Shown here: piece by piece, positions 8,834 through 17,535 of the stretch
Layout: each line of letters opens with the position of its first letter
Numbering within the stretch: the first letter of the stretch is position 1
Sequence record: NZ_CP145108.1
From: a plasmid
Strand: one strand, 5' to 3'
DNA length: 23,228 nucleotides
Translations under genes and position numbers: made by a program
The notes under the pieces: model-generated
What the model saw: the letters and a program-made list of their open reading frames with translations, nothing else
What the model was told of the DNA's origin: nothing
Database searches by the model: none

Positions 8834-9082
8834 CTAATGATCTACGGACTTTACCTTTAAAAATTCAGAAAATTGCTTGGCTAAAAGCTTAATCTGATCG
8901 TTAGACAAATTAGCATAATCTAAATTGGCTTGACTGATGATTTGTTTACCTAGCCGTTGTTTAATCTTATTTTTTTCGTCCTTAATTTTTTGATTAAGGG
9001 CTTTTAATTTAGCTTCTTGTTTTTCTAAGTTACTTTGAGACATAACGATCCCTCCAATCATATTAGAAATAATCACCGACAC
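8834..9082 (-). CDS. small coiled-coil hypothetical protein, possible paralogue of the neighbour
   Basis: 82 aa. Lys/Glu-rich helical sequence (EKQEAKLKALNQKIKDEKNKIKQRLGKQIISQANL). GGAGGG RBS upstream on the minus strand. Confidence 0.35.
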   Translation of the reverse strand: MSVIISNMIGGIVMSQSNLEKQEAKLKALNQKIKDEKNKIKQRLGKQIISQANLDYANLSNDQIKLLAKQFSEFLKVKSVDH

Positions 9083-9191
9083 TATATCATAAGGGAAACG
9101 TTAAGTCAAAGTATAAAAGTTGAAATAGCGAAGCGGAAGGCATACACTAAGTTAAAGTTAAGAGAATCAGAAGACCGAGTGAAACGAGGTC

Positions 9192-9228
9192 AATGCGCAC
9201 TTACACCCCACTAAATTCTTGTGGGGTA
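9192..9228 (-). other. candidate oriT (MOBQ/RSF1010-like nick region)
   Basis: Minus strand reads ccccacaagaatttagtgggg (inverted repeat) followed by tgTAAGTGCGCatt. RSF1010 oriT has an inverted repeat followed by GGTAAGTGCGCCCT. Located about 90 bp upstream of mobA. Confidence 0.5.
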
Positions 9229-9313
9229 AATCGTGCTAAAATCCTGTATTAGAAGTCGCCGATGGCGACAACAAGGTCAAAACCCATAGAATCAAAGGAA
9301 GACGGTGACTGAC

Positions 9314-11377
9314 ATGGCAATATTCCACATGAGTTTTAGTAATATTAGTGCTGGTAAAGGACGCAGTGCGATTGCCAGTGCCGCTTATCGAAGTGGTGAA
9401 AAGCTATTTGATGATAAGGAAGGTCGCCACTATTTTTATGCCCGATCGATCATGCCAGAAAGCTTTATTTTGACGCCAAAAAATTCACCTGAATGGGCGA
9501 GTGATCGAGAGCAGTTGTGGAATGAAGTTGAAAAGAAAGATCGTAAATCAAACTCACGGTATGCAAAAGAGTTTAACGTGGCTTTACCGGTAGAATTAAG
9601 TGAATCCGAACAGAAAGAATTACTGACAAAATATGTGCAAGAAAATTTTGTTGATGAGGGCATGGTAGCCGACGTGGCAATTCATCGCGACCACCCAGAT
9701 AATCCGCACGCTCATGTGATGTTAACTAATCGGCCGTTTAATTCAGATGGAACATGGGGAATTAAGAGCAAAAAGCAATATATTTTAGATGAGAATGGCA
9801 ATAAAATGTATACCGGAACTAGCAAGTACCCTAAGAGTAGAAAGATACTGATGGTCGATTGGGATAAAAAAGAAAAAATAACTGAATGGCGGCACAATTG
9901 GGCGGCAAGTGTCAATCAGGCTTTAGAGCAAAAAAACATTCCTGATCGGATCAGTGAAAAATCATTTGTGGAACAGGGAATAGCTGACACACCAATGCAA
10001 CACGAGGGAATCAATAGCAAACGGCATGAAAGAAAGGCATTTAATCAACAAGTTAAGAACTATCGTAAGTCCAAAGCTGGCTATAAAAATATGCAGGAGA
10101 AAGTAGTTAATCGAGGCCACTTGGATAGCCTAAGTAAACACTTCTCGTTTAACGAGAAAAAAGTGGTCAAAGAGTTAAGCCACGAACTGAAAACTTATAT
10201 TAGTTTGGAAAGTTTAGATGATAAGCGGCGCATGCTATTTAATTGGAAAAACAGTACCTTAATTAAGCACGCTGTTGGTGAAGATATCACTAAGCAATTA
10301 TTGACGATTAACCAACAAGAAAGTTCACTAAAAAAAGCAGATGAACTCTTAAATAAAGTGGTTGATCGCACAACTAAAAAACTTTATCCAGAGCTTGATT
10401 TTGAACAGACAACCGCGGCTGAACAACGGGAATTGATTAAAGAAACTAATAGTGAACAAACGATTTTCAAAGGCAGTGAATTAAACGAACGTTTAATGAA
10501 TATTCGTGATGATTTATTGACCCGACAATTATTGACCTTTACCAAACGGCCATACGTTGGCTGGAAGTTATTAATGCAACAAGAAAAGGAAGTCAAAATC
10601 GAACTGAAATATACGCTGATGATTCATGACGATAACTTAGAAAGTCTAGAACACGTCGATCAAGGGTTACTAGAGAAATATTCACCAACCGAACAGCAAA
10701 AGATTACTCGCGCAGTCAAAGACCTACGGGCAATCATGGCCGTTAAGCAAGTCATTAAAACGCAATACCATGAAGTATTGAAAAGGGCCTTTCCCAAAGG
10801 CGATTTAGATGGATTGCCATTGATTAAACAGGAACAAGCCTATACAGCCGTGATGTACTATGATCCTGTTTTAAAGCCATGTCAGGCTGAAACAATTGAA
10901 CAGTGGCAAGCAAATCCACCACAGGTGTTCAGTCCCCAAGAACATCAACAAGGACTAGCTTATTTATCGGGACAGCTTAGCTTAGATCAGTTAGAAAATC
11001 ATCACTTACAACGGGTTTTAAAGCATGATGGCACTAAACAACTCTTTTTGGGTGAATGCAAAGCCGATCCGACGATTAAGAACAGTCAGATCGAGAAAAT
11101 CCAAAAGCAGTTAAAAGGGCAACAAGCCAAGGACGACCAGTATAGAAAAGTAAATATTGGACATTATCAACCGCTAAATTACAAGCCAGTTAGTCCAAGC
11201 TACTACTTAAAGACGGCCTTTAGTAACGCAATCATGACCGCCCTATATGCCCGTGATGAAGATTACGAACGGCAAAAACAGGCGCAAGGTTTAAAGGAGA
11301 CTGAGTGGGAAATGACGAAAAAGCAACGGCAACACCAAACTCGAAACCGGCATGAAGATGGGGGCATGCACTTGTAA
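9314..11377 (+). CDS. mobA: MobA/MobL-family relaxase
   Basis: [32 protein letters not shown]-terminus with the catalytic Tyr motif. HxDxxxPHAHVM histidine triad. Long coiled C-terminal domain. Confidence 0.9.
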   Translation: MAIFHMSFSNISAGKGRSAIASAAYRSGEKLFDDKEGRHYFYARSIMPESFILTPKNSPEWASDREQLWNEVEKKDRKSNSRYAKEFNVALPVELSESEQKELLTKYVQENFVDEGMVADVAIHRDHPDNPHAHVMLTNRPFNSDGTWGIKSKKQYILDENGNKMYTGTSKYPKSRKILMVDWDKKEKITEWRHNWAASVNQALEQKNIPDRISEKSFVEQGIADTPMQHEGINSKRHERKAFNQQVKNYRKSKAGYKNMQEKVVNRGHLDSLSKHFSFNEKKVVKELSHELKTYISLESLDDKRRMLFNWKNSTLIKHAVGEDITKQLLTINQQESSLKKADELLNKVVDRTTKKLYPELDFEQTTAAEQRELIKETNSEQTIFKGSELNERLMNIRDDLLTRQLLTFTKRPYVGWKLLMQQEKEVKIELKYTLMIHDDNLESLEHVDQGLLEKYSPTEQQKITRAVKDLRAIMAVKQVIKTQYHEVLKRAFPKGDLDGLPLIKQEQAYTAVMYYDPVLKPCQAETIEQWQANPPQVFSPQEHQQGLAYLSGQLSLDQLENHHLQRVLKHDGTKQLFLGECKADPTIKNSQIEKIQKQLKGQQAKDDQYRKVNIGHYQPLNYKPVSPSYYLKTAFSNAIMTALYARDEDYERQKQAQGLKETEWEMTKKQRQHQTRNRHEDGGMHL

Positions 11378-11479
11378 TCACAAAATTAGCGACTGGTTAA
11401 TTGGTATGAATGGTAGCCCATAATGTATTTTATATTGAGAAAAATTTGGTACGTAGAGCGTGCTCGATTAGTTACGTAT

Positions 11480-11958
11480 AGCTGCCAGCCTTGTGTATGG
11501 TCTATCAAAGAGACCAGGTAAACAAAACCTTTAAGCCGGAACCCTATTTTGAACTAAATGCGGAAATTTTAGCTAATCAGCAAGAATTCGTCGCAAAATT
11601 AGACCCCTATCAGCGATTTAAAGACGAAACAGGGCTAATAACATTCATGCAAGCTAAACACGTTCAGAAAGGCTCACAGACTGGTTTAATCAAGGGCATT
11701 CAAAACAAGGCTAAAAAGCGTGCTAGTCCCCAACTATTCTCACTATCCAGTCTCCAGAGTGCCATGAATAAACGTTATCATGCCAGTGCCAGCCAGACTT
11801 TGGCGGCCATTCAGAGTTTATACGAAGACAAACTGCTCAGTTATCCCCGCACCGATTGTGCTTATATCACTGATGAAGAATTTGATTATTTAGTGGCTAA
11901 TCTGACGAAGTATCTGGGGTTGGTCTCTAAGAAGCTGTCCAAGATCTATGCTTTTTGA
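11480..11958 (+). pseudogene. type IA DNA topoisomerase (Topo III-like) internal fragment
   Basis: Contains LLSYPRTDCAYITDEEF, the active-site tyrosine block of type IA topoisomerases. Only about 155 codons are in frame. The 3' end abuts an IS. Confidence 0.55.
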
Positions 11959-11959
11959 T

Positions 11960-12800
11960 ATACTTCTATGTAAAAAGCGAGTTTAAGCTATGAAAAATTA
12001 TCCCAGCAATATTACTCGGCAACAATTTGAATTAATTCGACCAGCTTTAGAAAATTTTCGTAAGCGAACTAAGCCTCGAAAATATGACCTCTACGAGGTC
12101 TTCTGTGCGGTCCTATATGTCTTGAAAACCGGTTGCCAATGGCGTCAAGTCCCCGGTGATTTCCCAGAATGGCGGTCAGTTTACAACTATTACAAAATTT
12201 GGTCAACTAAAGCTGAGCCTACGGCTGATTCTTTATTGGAACAAGTTTTAAAAAAATTGTCATTGCTCGGCGAACTTACCAAGGACGTTCAGCTTTAACT
12301 TCCTTTATTATCGTTGACGCTCAGAGCGTCAAAAACACCGCTACTGCTGAAAACAAAGGTTACGACGCTGGTAAGAAAATCTCGGGGATTAAGCGCCATC
12401 TGGCAGTTGATATCAATGGCTTTCCGCAGGCCATTCACATGACGCGAGCGAACGTCTCTGATCGAGACGGGGCCAGTGCAATGATCGCTTTACATGCCAT
12501 GCATTTACGCCAGGTTCAAAATGTCTTAGTTGATGGTGGTTATTCAGGCGTTAATTTTCAGCTCGATGTAGCCAGTAATTTAAACGCAACCGTGCAGGTT
12601 GCGAAGCGCAATGAGTTGCATCGATTCGAAGTCATGCCCCAACGTTGGGTAGTCGAACGATCTTTTAGTTGGCTAGAGAATTGTCGGCGACTTTGGAAAA
12701 ATTGTGAGCGTCAATTAACCACCAGTCTGCAAATGGTCGTTTTAGCGTTTTTAGCACTATTACTTAAGAGATTTTAGACAGCTTCTAAGTATTTTGACAT
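11960..12800 (+). mobile_element. IS5-family (IS427/IS1031-like group) insertion sequence; boundaries approximate
   Basis: Contains a frameshifted transposase. The ends are inferred from the ORF limits and weak IR similarity only (atacttctatgtaaaa vs atacttagaagctgtctaaaa on the reverse complement). Confidence 0.5.
11990..12777 (+). CDS. IS5-family transposase expressed by programmed -1 frameshift
   Basis: orfA frame 2 (W..R/QWRQVPGDFP motif) ends at 12298. A_AAA_AAA slippery heptamer lies at 12250-12256. After a -1 shift, frame 1 runs on through KKIVIARR...FIIVDAQSVKNTATAENKGYDAGKKISGIKRHLAVD to the DDE C-terminus ending at 12777. Confidence 0.8.
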
Positions 12801-12957
12801 AAACAGGCTTCTCAATGATCATTGAGAAGCCTGTTACTATCTTTATCTAAGTGTGGATTACGTGATAAGTCACAACGATTAATTACAGCCTAAGATAATC
12901 AGAAGAACAATTCCCATTCTAACGTTAGCAAAGGGACCATTTCTAAATAAAAAAGAG

Positions 12958-13116
12958 CGAACACCTGAATGTTTGTGTCTGTAATTCCCAGTAATTTAAG
13001 TGTATTATCTAGTTGAGACATCTATTCCTACCCCGCTTATCTTGAGTTTCGTCGCTTAAAGCATAGCACTAGGGAGGCTTAGATGCCTTTTTTTGTTATC
13101 AAAAAGGGCCTAGTAC
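12958..13116 (-). mobile_element. ISL3-family IS end remnant: terminal IR plus first 21 codons of the transposase
   Basis: Identical over about 150 bp to 23027-23174. Minus strand encodes [21 protein letters not shown], then loses frame. The copy at 23027 continues into an ISL3-type zinc-finger N-terminus. Confidence 0.65.
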
Positions 13117-13411
13117 TTTTGGAATGGAAATACTTTCCAACACCAAAAATTCTAGACCCAATGGTTCCACCACTAATCGTCAAGGTATCGTTCGCAATTT
13201 GCCAAGTGACACCTCCGTCAAGGGTGCCGCTGTTATTGTCCTCTGCTTGGTCTTGAGTGGCAATAGTTGTGATCGGTGATGTTTGGGTCGTGGAAGTGGG
13301 GCTGGTGGCAGCAAAAGCTGGCATTAGAACCCCTGTCAATAATAAAAATGAAGCCCCCACTGAAGCCGCTGCAATTATTAGTAATTGATTCAATTTATTC
13401 GTAAAAAACAA
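13079..13411 (-). pseudogene. secreted or surface protein gene, N-terminal part only, truncated by the ISL3 end
   Basis: Signal peptide (LIIAAASVGASFLLLTGVLMPAFA), then GVTWQIANDTLTISGGTI as in N-termini of LRR/BspA-type Gram-positive surface proteins. The last 7 codons and the stop come from IS sequence. Confidence 0.5.
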
Positions 13412-13658
13412 CTCCCTCTAGAAAAATAGCTTGGTTACCACTCAAAAATTCCCCCGGATTATCGAGTGATCCCTTATCAAAGGAATATAACCTCTTTTTC
13501 GCCATTTATGTTTGGAGAATTGTCCAAAATTTTTCGGCATTTTTTGGAGAAAGCTCTAAAAGAGAATAATCATTAAAAGCGGCCACCGCCAAAGGAATAT
13601 ATCCCTCCCTTTGGCAGCAGTCGCTTTGTTTGAATCAATATTAGCGGGATCTAATCAG

Positions 13659-14462
13659 TTAATACCCCTCCGTTGTAAAGTACCAACGAACGTTGTCCCC
13701 ACTCTTAAGCTTCGTTAAGTTTGAAGCATGGTCAATAAATTTCTTGTTAACACTGAACATCCAACCGGAACCGGCCTTAACGTCATTTTCCTTGAGGCCG
13801 TTAATGCCGTTCACGTAAACGGAGGGGCCCGGAATATAACTAATCTTCAGGTTCGTTTGCTTTAAAATCGAAAACGCGTTGGCGCCCTTTTTAACGCGCA
13901 TCCGCTTCGAATAGAAAACTTTTTTGTATCCATCAACCGTTAAATGGATTTGAATTGTATTCTTAGCATTAGACGACTTTTTAGCCGCATGATGCGTATC
14001 CTGAACCACCTTGGTTTCTGCTTTGTGGTTAATTTTACCCAGCTTATCAGATTTAGGGGCATTTGACCGCTTAGTTTTAGCGACCTTGTTAGGACTTGCC
14101 TTTGCACTGGATCCGGTTGTCCGATTAGTTTTAGCGACCTTGTTAGGACTTGCCTTTGCACTGGATCCGGTTGTCCGATTAGGGCTTGTGCTTGATTGAG
14201 AACTAGCAGTTTGGGGCTTGTTGGCTGTTTTTTGAGCCCGCCTATCTGCTTTTGGTTTTGCTTTGCTTGCACCCTTTGCTTTTTGCTGGTGACTTGGCTG
14301 TTTAAGATGACTTGAACTGGTCGAACTTGAACTTGAAGAAGTCACTTGTTTAGAAGTTGTCGGCTTAGGGGCTGCGTCTCTCGATGAAATCACCTGTTGG
14401 GCACCAAAAGCGATTCCAATTGTGAGAATGAACGCAAGAATGAAGCCAATTGCTTTTTTCAT
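13659..14462 (-). CDS. N-terminally membrane-anchored protein with Ser/Thr/Lys-rich linker and C-terminal DUF4430-like domain
   Basis: N-terminal TM helix. Low-complexity basic linker with an 18-aa tandem repeat. C-terminal segment IHLTVDGYKK ... KKGANAFSILKQ ... YVNGINGLKENDVKAGSGWMFSVNKKFIDHASNLTKLKSGDNVRWYF has the DUF4430 pattern (related to the transcobalamin beta-domain). Confidence 0.65.
   Translation of the reverse strand: MKKAIGFILAFILTIGIAFGAQQVISSRDAAPKPTTSKQVTSSSSSSTSSSHLKQPSHQQKAKGASKAKPKADRRAQKTANKPQTASSQSSTSPNRTTGSSAKASPNKVAKTNRTTGSSAKASPNKVAKTKRSNAPKSDKLGKINHKAETKVVQDTHHAAKKSSNAKNTIQIHLTVDGYKKVFYSKRMRVKKGANAFSILKQTNLKISYIPGPSVYVNGINGLKENDVKAGSGWMFSVNKKFIDHASNLTKLKSGDNVRWYFTTEGY
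14071..14178. repeat. perfect tandem duplication, 2 x 54 bp
   Basis: ttagttttagcgaccttgttaggacttgcctttgcactggatccggttgtccga occurs at 14071 and again at 14125. It encodes NRTTGSSAKASPNKVAKT twice. Confidence 0.85.
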
Positions 14463-14496
14463 ATTGTTTTGTCACTTCTCACTCAAAATTTGGCGA

Positions 14497-15543
14497 TTAA
14501 TTAATCGTGTAAACTGAACGATTCTTTAAAGCAGCTTTATAAGCGGCAACCGCTAAATTTACCTGACCGACACCATAGAGCTGAGTAGCTGCGTTTTTAA
14601 TTGAACCGGATTTATTGACATAGGTCAGCATTGCATAAAGCGGCGTCCTAGTTTGACTTGTTTTCATCGCCGTGTTATTCACATATTTCTTCATGCCAAA
14701 ATCATTTGATAGGGCAATAATTGCTTCAGCGGTTGAATTGGCATTTGGCGTTGTTTTGTCATTAAACGTGTAGCCAAATGCACCACTGGGCTGCACAATA
14801 CCAGTAAGAAATTTTTGCCCCTTCAGCAAGCTGTCCTTGACGTTAGTTGTATTAACCTTTCCTCGAGCCAGACCGGTTAGAACCATGCTGGTCGTGTCGG
14901 CATCCCTAACTCCTTGTTGGTTATTATACGTCCAACCGTGATTATTTAATTGAGCTTTCACTAGCCGAGCACTCAAGCTTGCTTTGCTAAACTTCGCTCC
15001 CTTTGGCTGCTTGAACTTTGAGCTCATCGAAATGGCAATCAGCACTTGTGCCTGGGCACTTGTCGTTTGTTTGGAAACACTTGTCCGGTACAACTTGGTT
15101 ACCAGATTGATTCCCTTTTTGTGGCCATATGGCTTATAATCTCTAGCGTTGAGCCCCATCGCCTGAACGGCCATCACGGCATTGGCCATTGTTGCAGCAG
15201 GGGTTGTCTTTTTGATTACCAAGTTTTTTCGCAGCAACGTTTTTTCCTTGGTATTAAATTTATAACCGTTTCCCTTGAGCCCTAACAGAAAGTCAGAGTA
15301 CCCCGCAGCCGCACCAGTATCAGGATTGAGTTTCTTACTAAAAATAGAACTGCTTTGACCGGAAAGTCCGGTCTTATTTTCTTTAATCATCTTTTTGGCA
15401 TAGGAATAAGTACGGGCAATTCTGCTGTGAATGGTGCTGGTACTAGCCTTCCTAATTGACGCAGCGTTGGTAGTTGTTGAGAGCGTCAAAGCGGCGATAA
15501 CCAAAGTTGCAGAAGTCAAGACTGATTTTATATATTTATTCAT
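14497..15543 (-). CDS. secreted protein, tentatively alpha/alpha-toroid (prenyltransferase/squalene-oxidase-repeat-like) fold
   Basis: AAGGAG RBS. Signal peptide ending TTTNAAS. Repeated G(W/F)xY ... (D/N)(T/A)TSM(V/A)L(T/A)GL-type segments (NNHGWTYNNQQGVRDADTTSMVLTGL; SGAFGYTFNDKTTPNANSTAEAIIAL) are reminiscent of terpene-cyclase-like repeats. N-terminal 60 aa are paralogous to the N-terminus of the next gene. Confidence 0.45.
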   Translation of the reverse strand: MNKYIKSVLTSATLVIAALTLSTTTNAASIRKASTSTIHSRIARTYSYAKKMIKENKTGLSGQSSSIFSKKLNPDTGAAAGYSDFLLGLKGNGYKFNTKEKTLLRKNLVIKKTTPAATMANAVMAVQAMGLNARDYKPYGHKKGINLVTKLYRTSVSKQTTSAQAQVLIAISMSSKFKQPKGAKFSKASLSARLVKAQLNNHGWTYNNQQGVRDADTTSMVLTGLARGKVNTTNVKDSLLKGQKFLTGIVQPSGAFGYTFNDKTTPNANSTAEAIIALSNDFGMKKYVNNTAMKTSQTRTPLYAMLTYVNKSGSIKNAATQLYGVGQVNLAVAAYKAALKNRSVYTIN

Positions 15544-15630
15544 AGGTGTGATCTCCTTAGATAATGCATAAAAGTGGCTGGGGCCTCATTTCCCCCCAAC
15601 CACTTTGATATTTGATTGTTAGATGAAGAA

Positions 15631-17133
15631 TTACTTATTGTAGGTCATCGAAATTGAATCGCCATCTTTCAAAGTATAAACACCCATCGATGAACCAGGT
15701 TCGGTGCCATTAACTGAGTAGAGCCAGCCAGTCATCGTACCGGCCGGACCGGCGTTAAACCCATTGATCCCGGTAACATAAGCGGTCGCCCCGGATCCTG
15801 TATAGGTTAAAGCTAACCCTTTCTGTTGGGCAAAGGCTTGTAACGCATCAAACGCAGTGGCTCCCTTCTTAACTTTGACGCTGCCACTTGCGATGGTCGC
15901 CCCATCGGCATGAATACTAATAGTGGTTGTGATGGTTTTAGCATCGTTTGATGGCGTAACAGGATTTGTGGGTGCCACTGGCAAAGTTGGCGTGGCACTA
16001 GGTGAATTATTAGTAGTTGTGGTTGTCCCTGTGGCTGTCCCCGTCGTTGCCGTCGGCTTAGAGCTTGTCGTCGTTGTCGTAGTCGCTGTTGACCCTGAGT
16101 TAGTCGGTGGGGTACTCGTTGACGTCCCTGTGGTTGTGGCCGTAGGTGTGCTTGGACGAGTATTTTGGGAGCTCTTCTTGATCTTAGTAGCCAAGATGAG
16201 CTTCTTGTTAGCAGTGATGTAGCGGCCATTTGTAAGTTGCATCCGGTTGGAACGCCCATAGTTAACAACTTTTCTGACGCTTAATGACGCATTCTTTTTA
16301 ACGTGGCGCTTCTTGCTCGTTAAGTTAACCTTACCATACTCGTTGATTCCCTTAGGATTGATGACTTTAATGCGGGTCACCTTTGCGGAATAGTAGGCGT
16401 GGGCAAAATACTTTGAACCAGAAAGCGTATAACCGGTTTTGCCTGAATTCATGTCCTTTACTCGATAGATCGCATGGCCCTGTTTATTAGTTTGTTGGCT
16501 AATCACCAGAAACATTGGGCGATTAACTCGAGCTCGCTTTGGATAGGTCTTGATCAGACTTGATTTAGTAAAATTCGAGTTTCTATATAATTTAATGGTT
16601 GTCAGTGCATATACAACTGACCGCTGTCTTGCCTTTTTAACGGGCTTCTTGGAAACAGTCGGCTTACTTGTCGGCGAACTACTGGATGAAGAAGCAGGTG
16701 TCGCTGCTGAGGAACTCGCTGCAGTAGAAGAACTGGCAGGATTATTTGCATCCTTTACAATGTCAGCAACTAAATTCTTACCATTCACATTAGTTGGATC
16801 TTTGCCGATTGCCACCAAACCATTGACGGCAGAAACATCAGAGATCCCGTTTAACCCTTGACTGCCACCACTGAGAAAGTCGTTATTCTTAAGAATTGAT
16901 TTGTAAGCATATTGAGCCTGCAAATCAGTAATGCCGTTGTCCCCAAACACTAAACATGTGGCATCCCAAGCATCAATTTGGGACCCTCGTTGTGTGATCT
17001 CCGTTAACCCAGTGGAAATTGCCGAATTGACGTCTGATGCTGTATCAGCCCTGGCTGAATTACCACCACTGAAAAATATCAGAAAAATCCCTAATACAAT
17101 TGAAAGCCAATATAGAAATTGTTTTCTTTTCAC
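15631..17133 (-). CDS. secreted multidomain surface protein: N-terminal module, Ser/Thr-rich linkers, basic cell-wall-binding-like middle domain, C-terminal DUF4430-like domain
   Basis: GTG start with GGGGAG RBS. Signal peptide. Poly-S/T tracts. Lys/Arg-rich middle (RVKDMNSGKTGYTLSGSKYFAHAYY ...). C-terminus IHADGATIASGSVKVKKGATAFDALQ ... YVTGINGFNAGPAGTMTGWLYSVNGTEPGSSMGVYTLKDGDSISMTY matches the DUF4430 pattern. Confidence 0.7.
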   Translation of the reverse strand: MKRKQFLYWLSIVLGIFLIFFSGGNSARADTASDVNSAISTGLTEITQRGSQIDAWDATCLVFGDNGITDLQAQYAYKSILKNNDFLSGGSQGLNGISDVSAVNGLVAIGKDPTNVNGKNLVADIVKDANNPASSSTAASSSAATPASSSSSSPTSKPTVSKKPVKKARQRSVVYALTTIKLYRNSNFTKSSLIKTYPKRARVNRPMFLVISQQTNKQGHAIYRVKDMNSGKTGYTLSGSKYFAHAYYSAKVTRIKVINPKGINEYGKVNLTSKKRHVKKNASLSVRKVVNYGRSNRMQLTNGRYITANKKLILATKIKKSSQNTRPSTPTATTTGTSTSTPPTNSGSTATTTTTTSSKPTATTGTATGTTTTTNNSPSATPTLPVAPTNPVTPSNDAKTITTTISIHADGATIASGSVKVKKGATAFDALQAFAQQKGLALTYTGSGATAYVTGINGFNAGPAGTMTGWLYSVNGTEPGSSMGVYTLKDGDSISMTYNK

Positions 17134-17208
17134 TACTGAACGCTCCCCAAAACAAATTTAACGGTCGTTAACCGCTATTAATGCTGGACTGGTTAGACTT
17201 TCTGCAAC

Positions 17209-17241
17209 ACAAAAAAGCCTAGCTAGTACCCTAGCTAGAGC
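17209..17241 (-). terminator. intrinsic terminator-like hairpin inside the 5' leader; candidate riboswitch expression platform
   Basis: Minus strand reads ctagctag ggta ctagctag followed by gcTTTTTTgtg. It sits between the aptamer and the GTG start at 17133. Confidence 0.55.
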
Positions 17242-17353
17242 CATCTTCTATCATTAATAACTAACGTCCGACATTTTTGGGCAGACTAATCCCGGAAAGT
17301 TTATTATTAATTGACAAAGTCGACCCTAAGAAACTTTGCAATCAGTATAATAA

Positions 17354-17480
17354 GCGTCTCCTGACTTGATCTCATCCCCAAATGTCTTCTTCCCGGCTTT
17401 AGCCAGTGAGTTGCGACATTTCAGTCAATCTTACAGTAGCGAAGGGGCTGTAAAGGCTTTTCACCTTTTTCCTGTTCATT
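17354..17480 (-). ncRNA. cobalamin (AdoCbl-type) riboswitch aptamer
   Basis: Minus strand carries, in canonical order: AACAGGAAAAAGGUGAAAAGCC, CAGCCCCUUCGCUACUGUAAG, CACUGG, GGGAAG, and B12-box-like AAGUCAGGAGACGC. These match the conserved GGUGnAAnUCC / CnGCCCCCGCnACUGU / GCCACUG / GGGAAGGC / AGYCMGGAGAC blocks of the cobalamin riboswitch. The 3' end of the B12 box departs from CCUGCC. Confidence 0.7.
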
Positions 17481-17499
17481 ATACTTTCTAACATTAATC

Positions 17500-17535
17500 A
17501 TTATAGCATGGCGCGCGTTTGTTTAGAAGGGGGCT
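17500..17535 (-). promoter_or_regulatory. candidate promoter for the riboswitch-led operon
   Basis: Minus strand has TGcTATAAT (extended -10, plus coordinates 17500-17508) with a weak TTCTAA -35 seventeen bp upstream. Confidence 0.4.

Noticed and set aside
11491-11958. 155-aa ORF treated as an intact gene
   Set aside because: The frame opens at an internal Met of a topoisomerase IA domain. No start context was found, and the sequence is truncated on both sides, so it was treated as a pseudogene fragment.
13940-14272. 110-aa and 62-aa ORFs (14011-14199) overlapping the DUF4430 gene
   Set aside because: They are generated by the 54-bp tandem repeat and the low-complexity linker. They have no RBS or independent support.
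15813-16268. 151-aa minus-frame and 99-aa plus-strand ORFs (15923-16222) within the 500-aa gene
   Set aside because: They fall in the GC-rich poly-Thr/Ser codon tract. They are low-complexity alternative-frame artefacts (poly-Arg/Gln, poly-Val).
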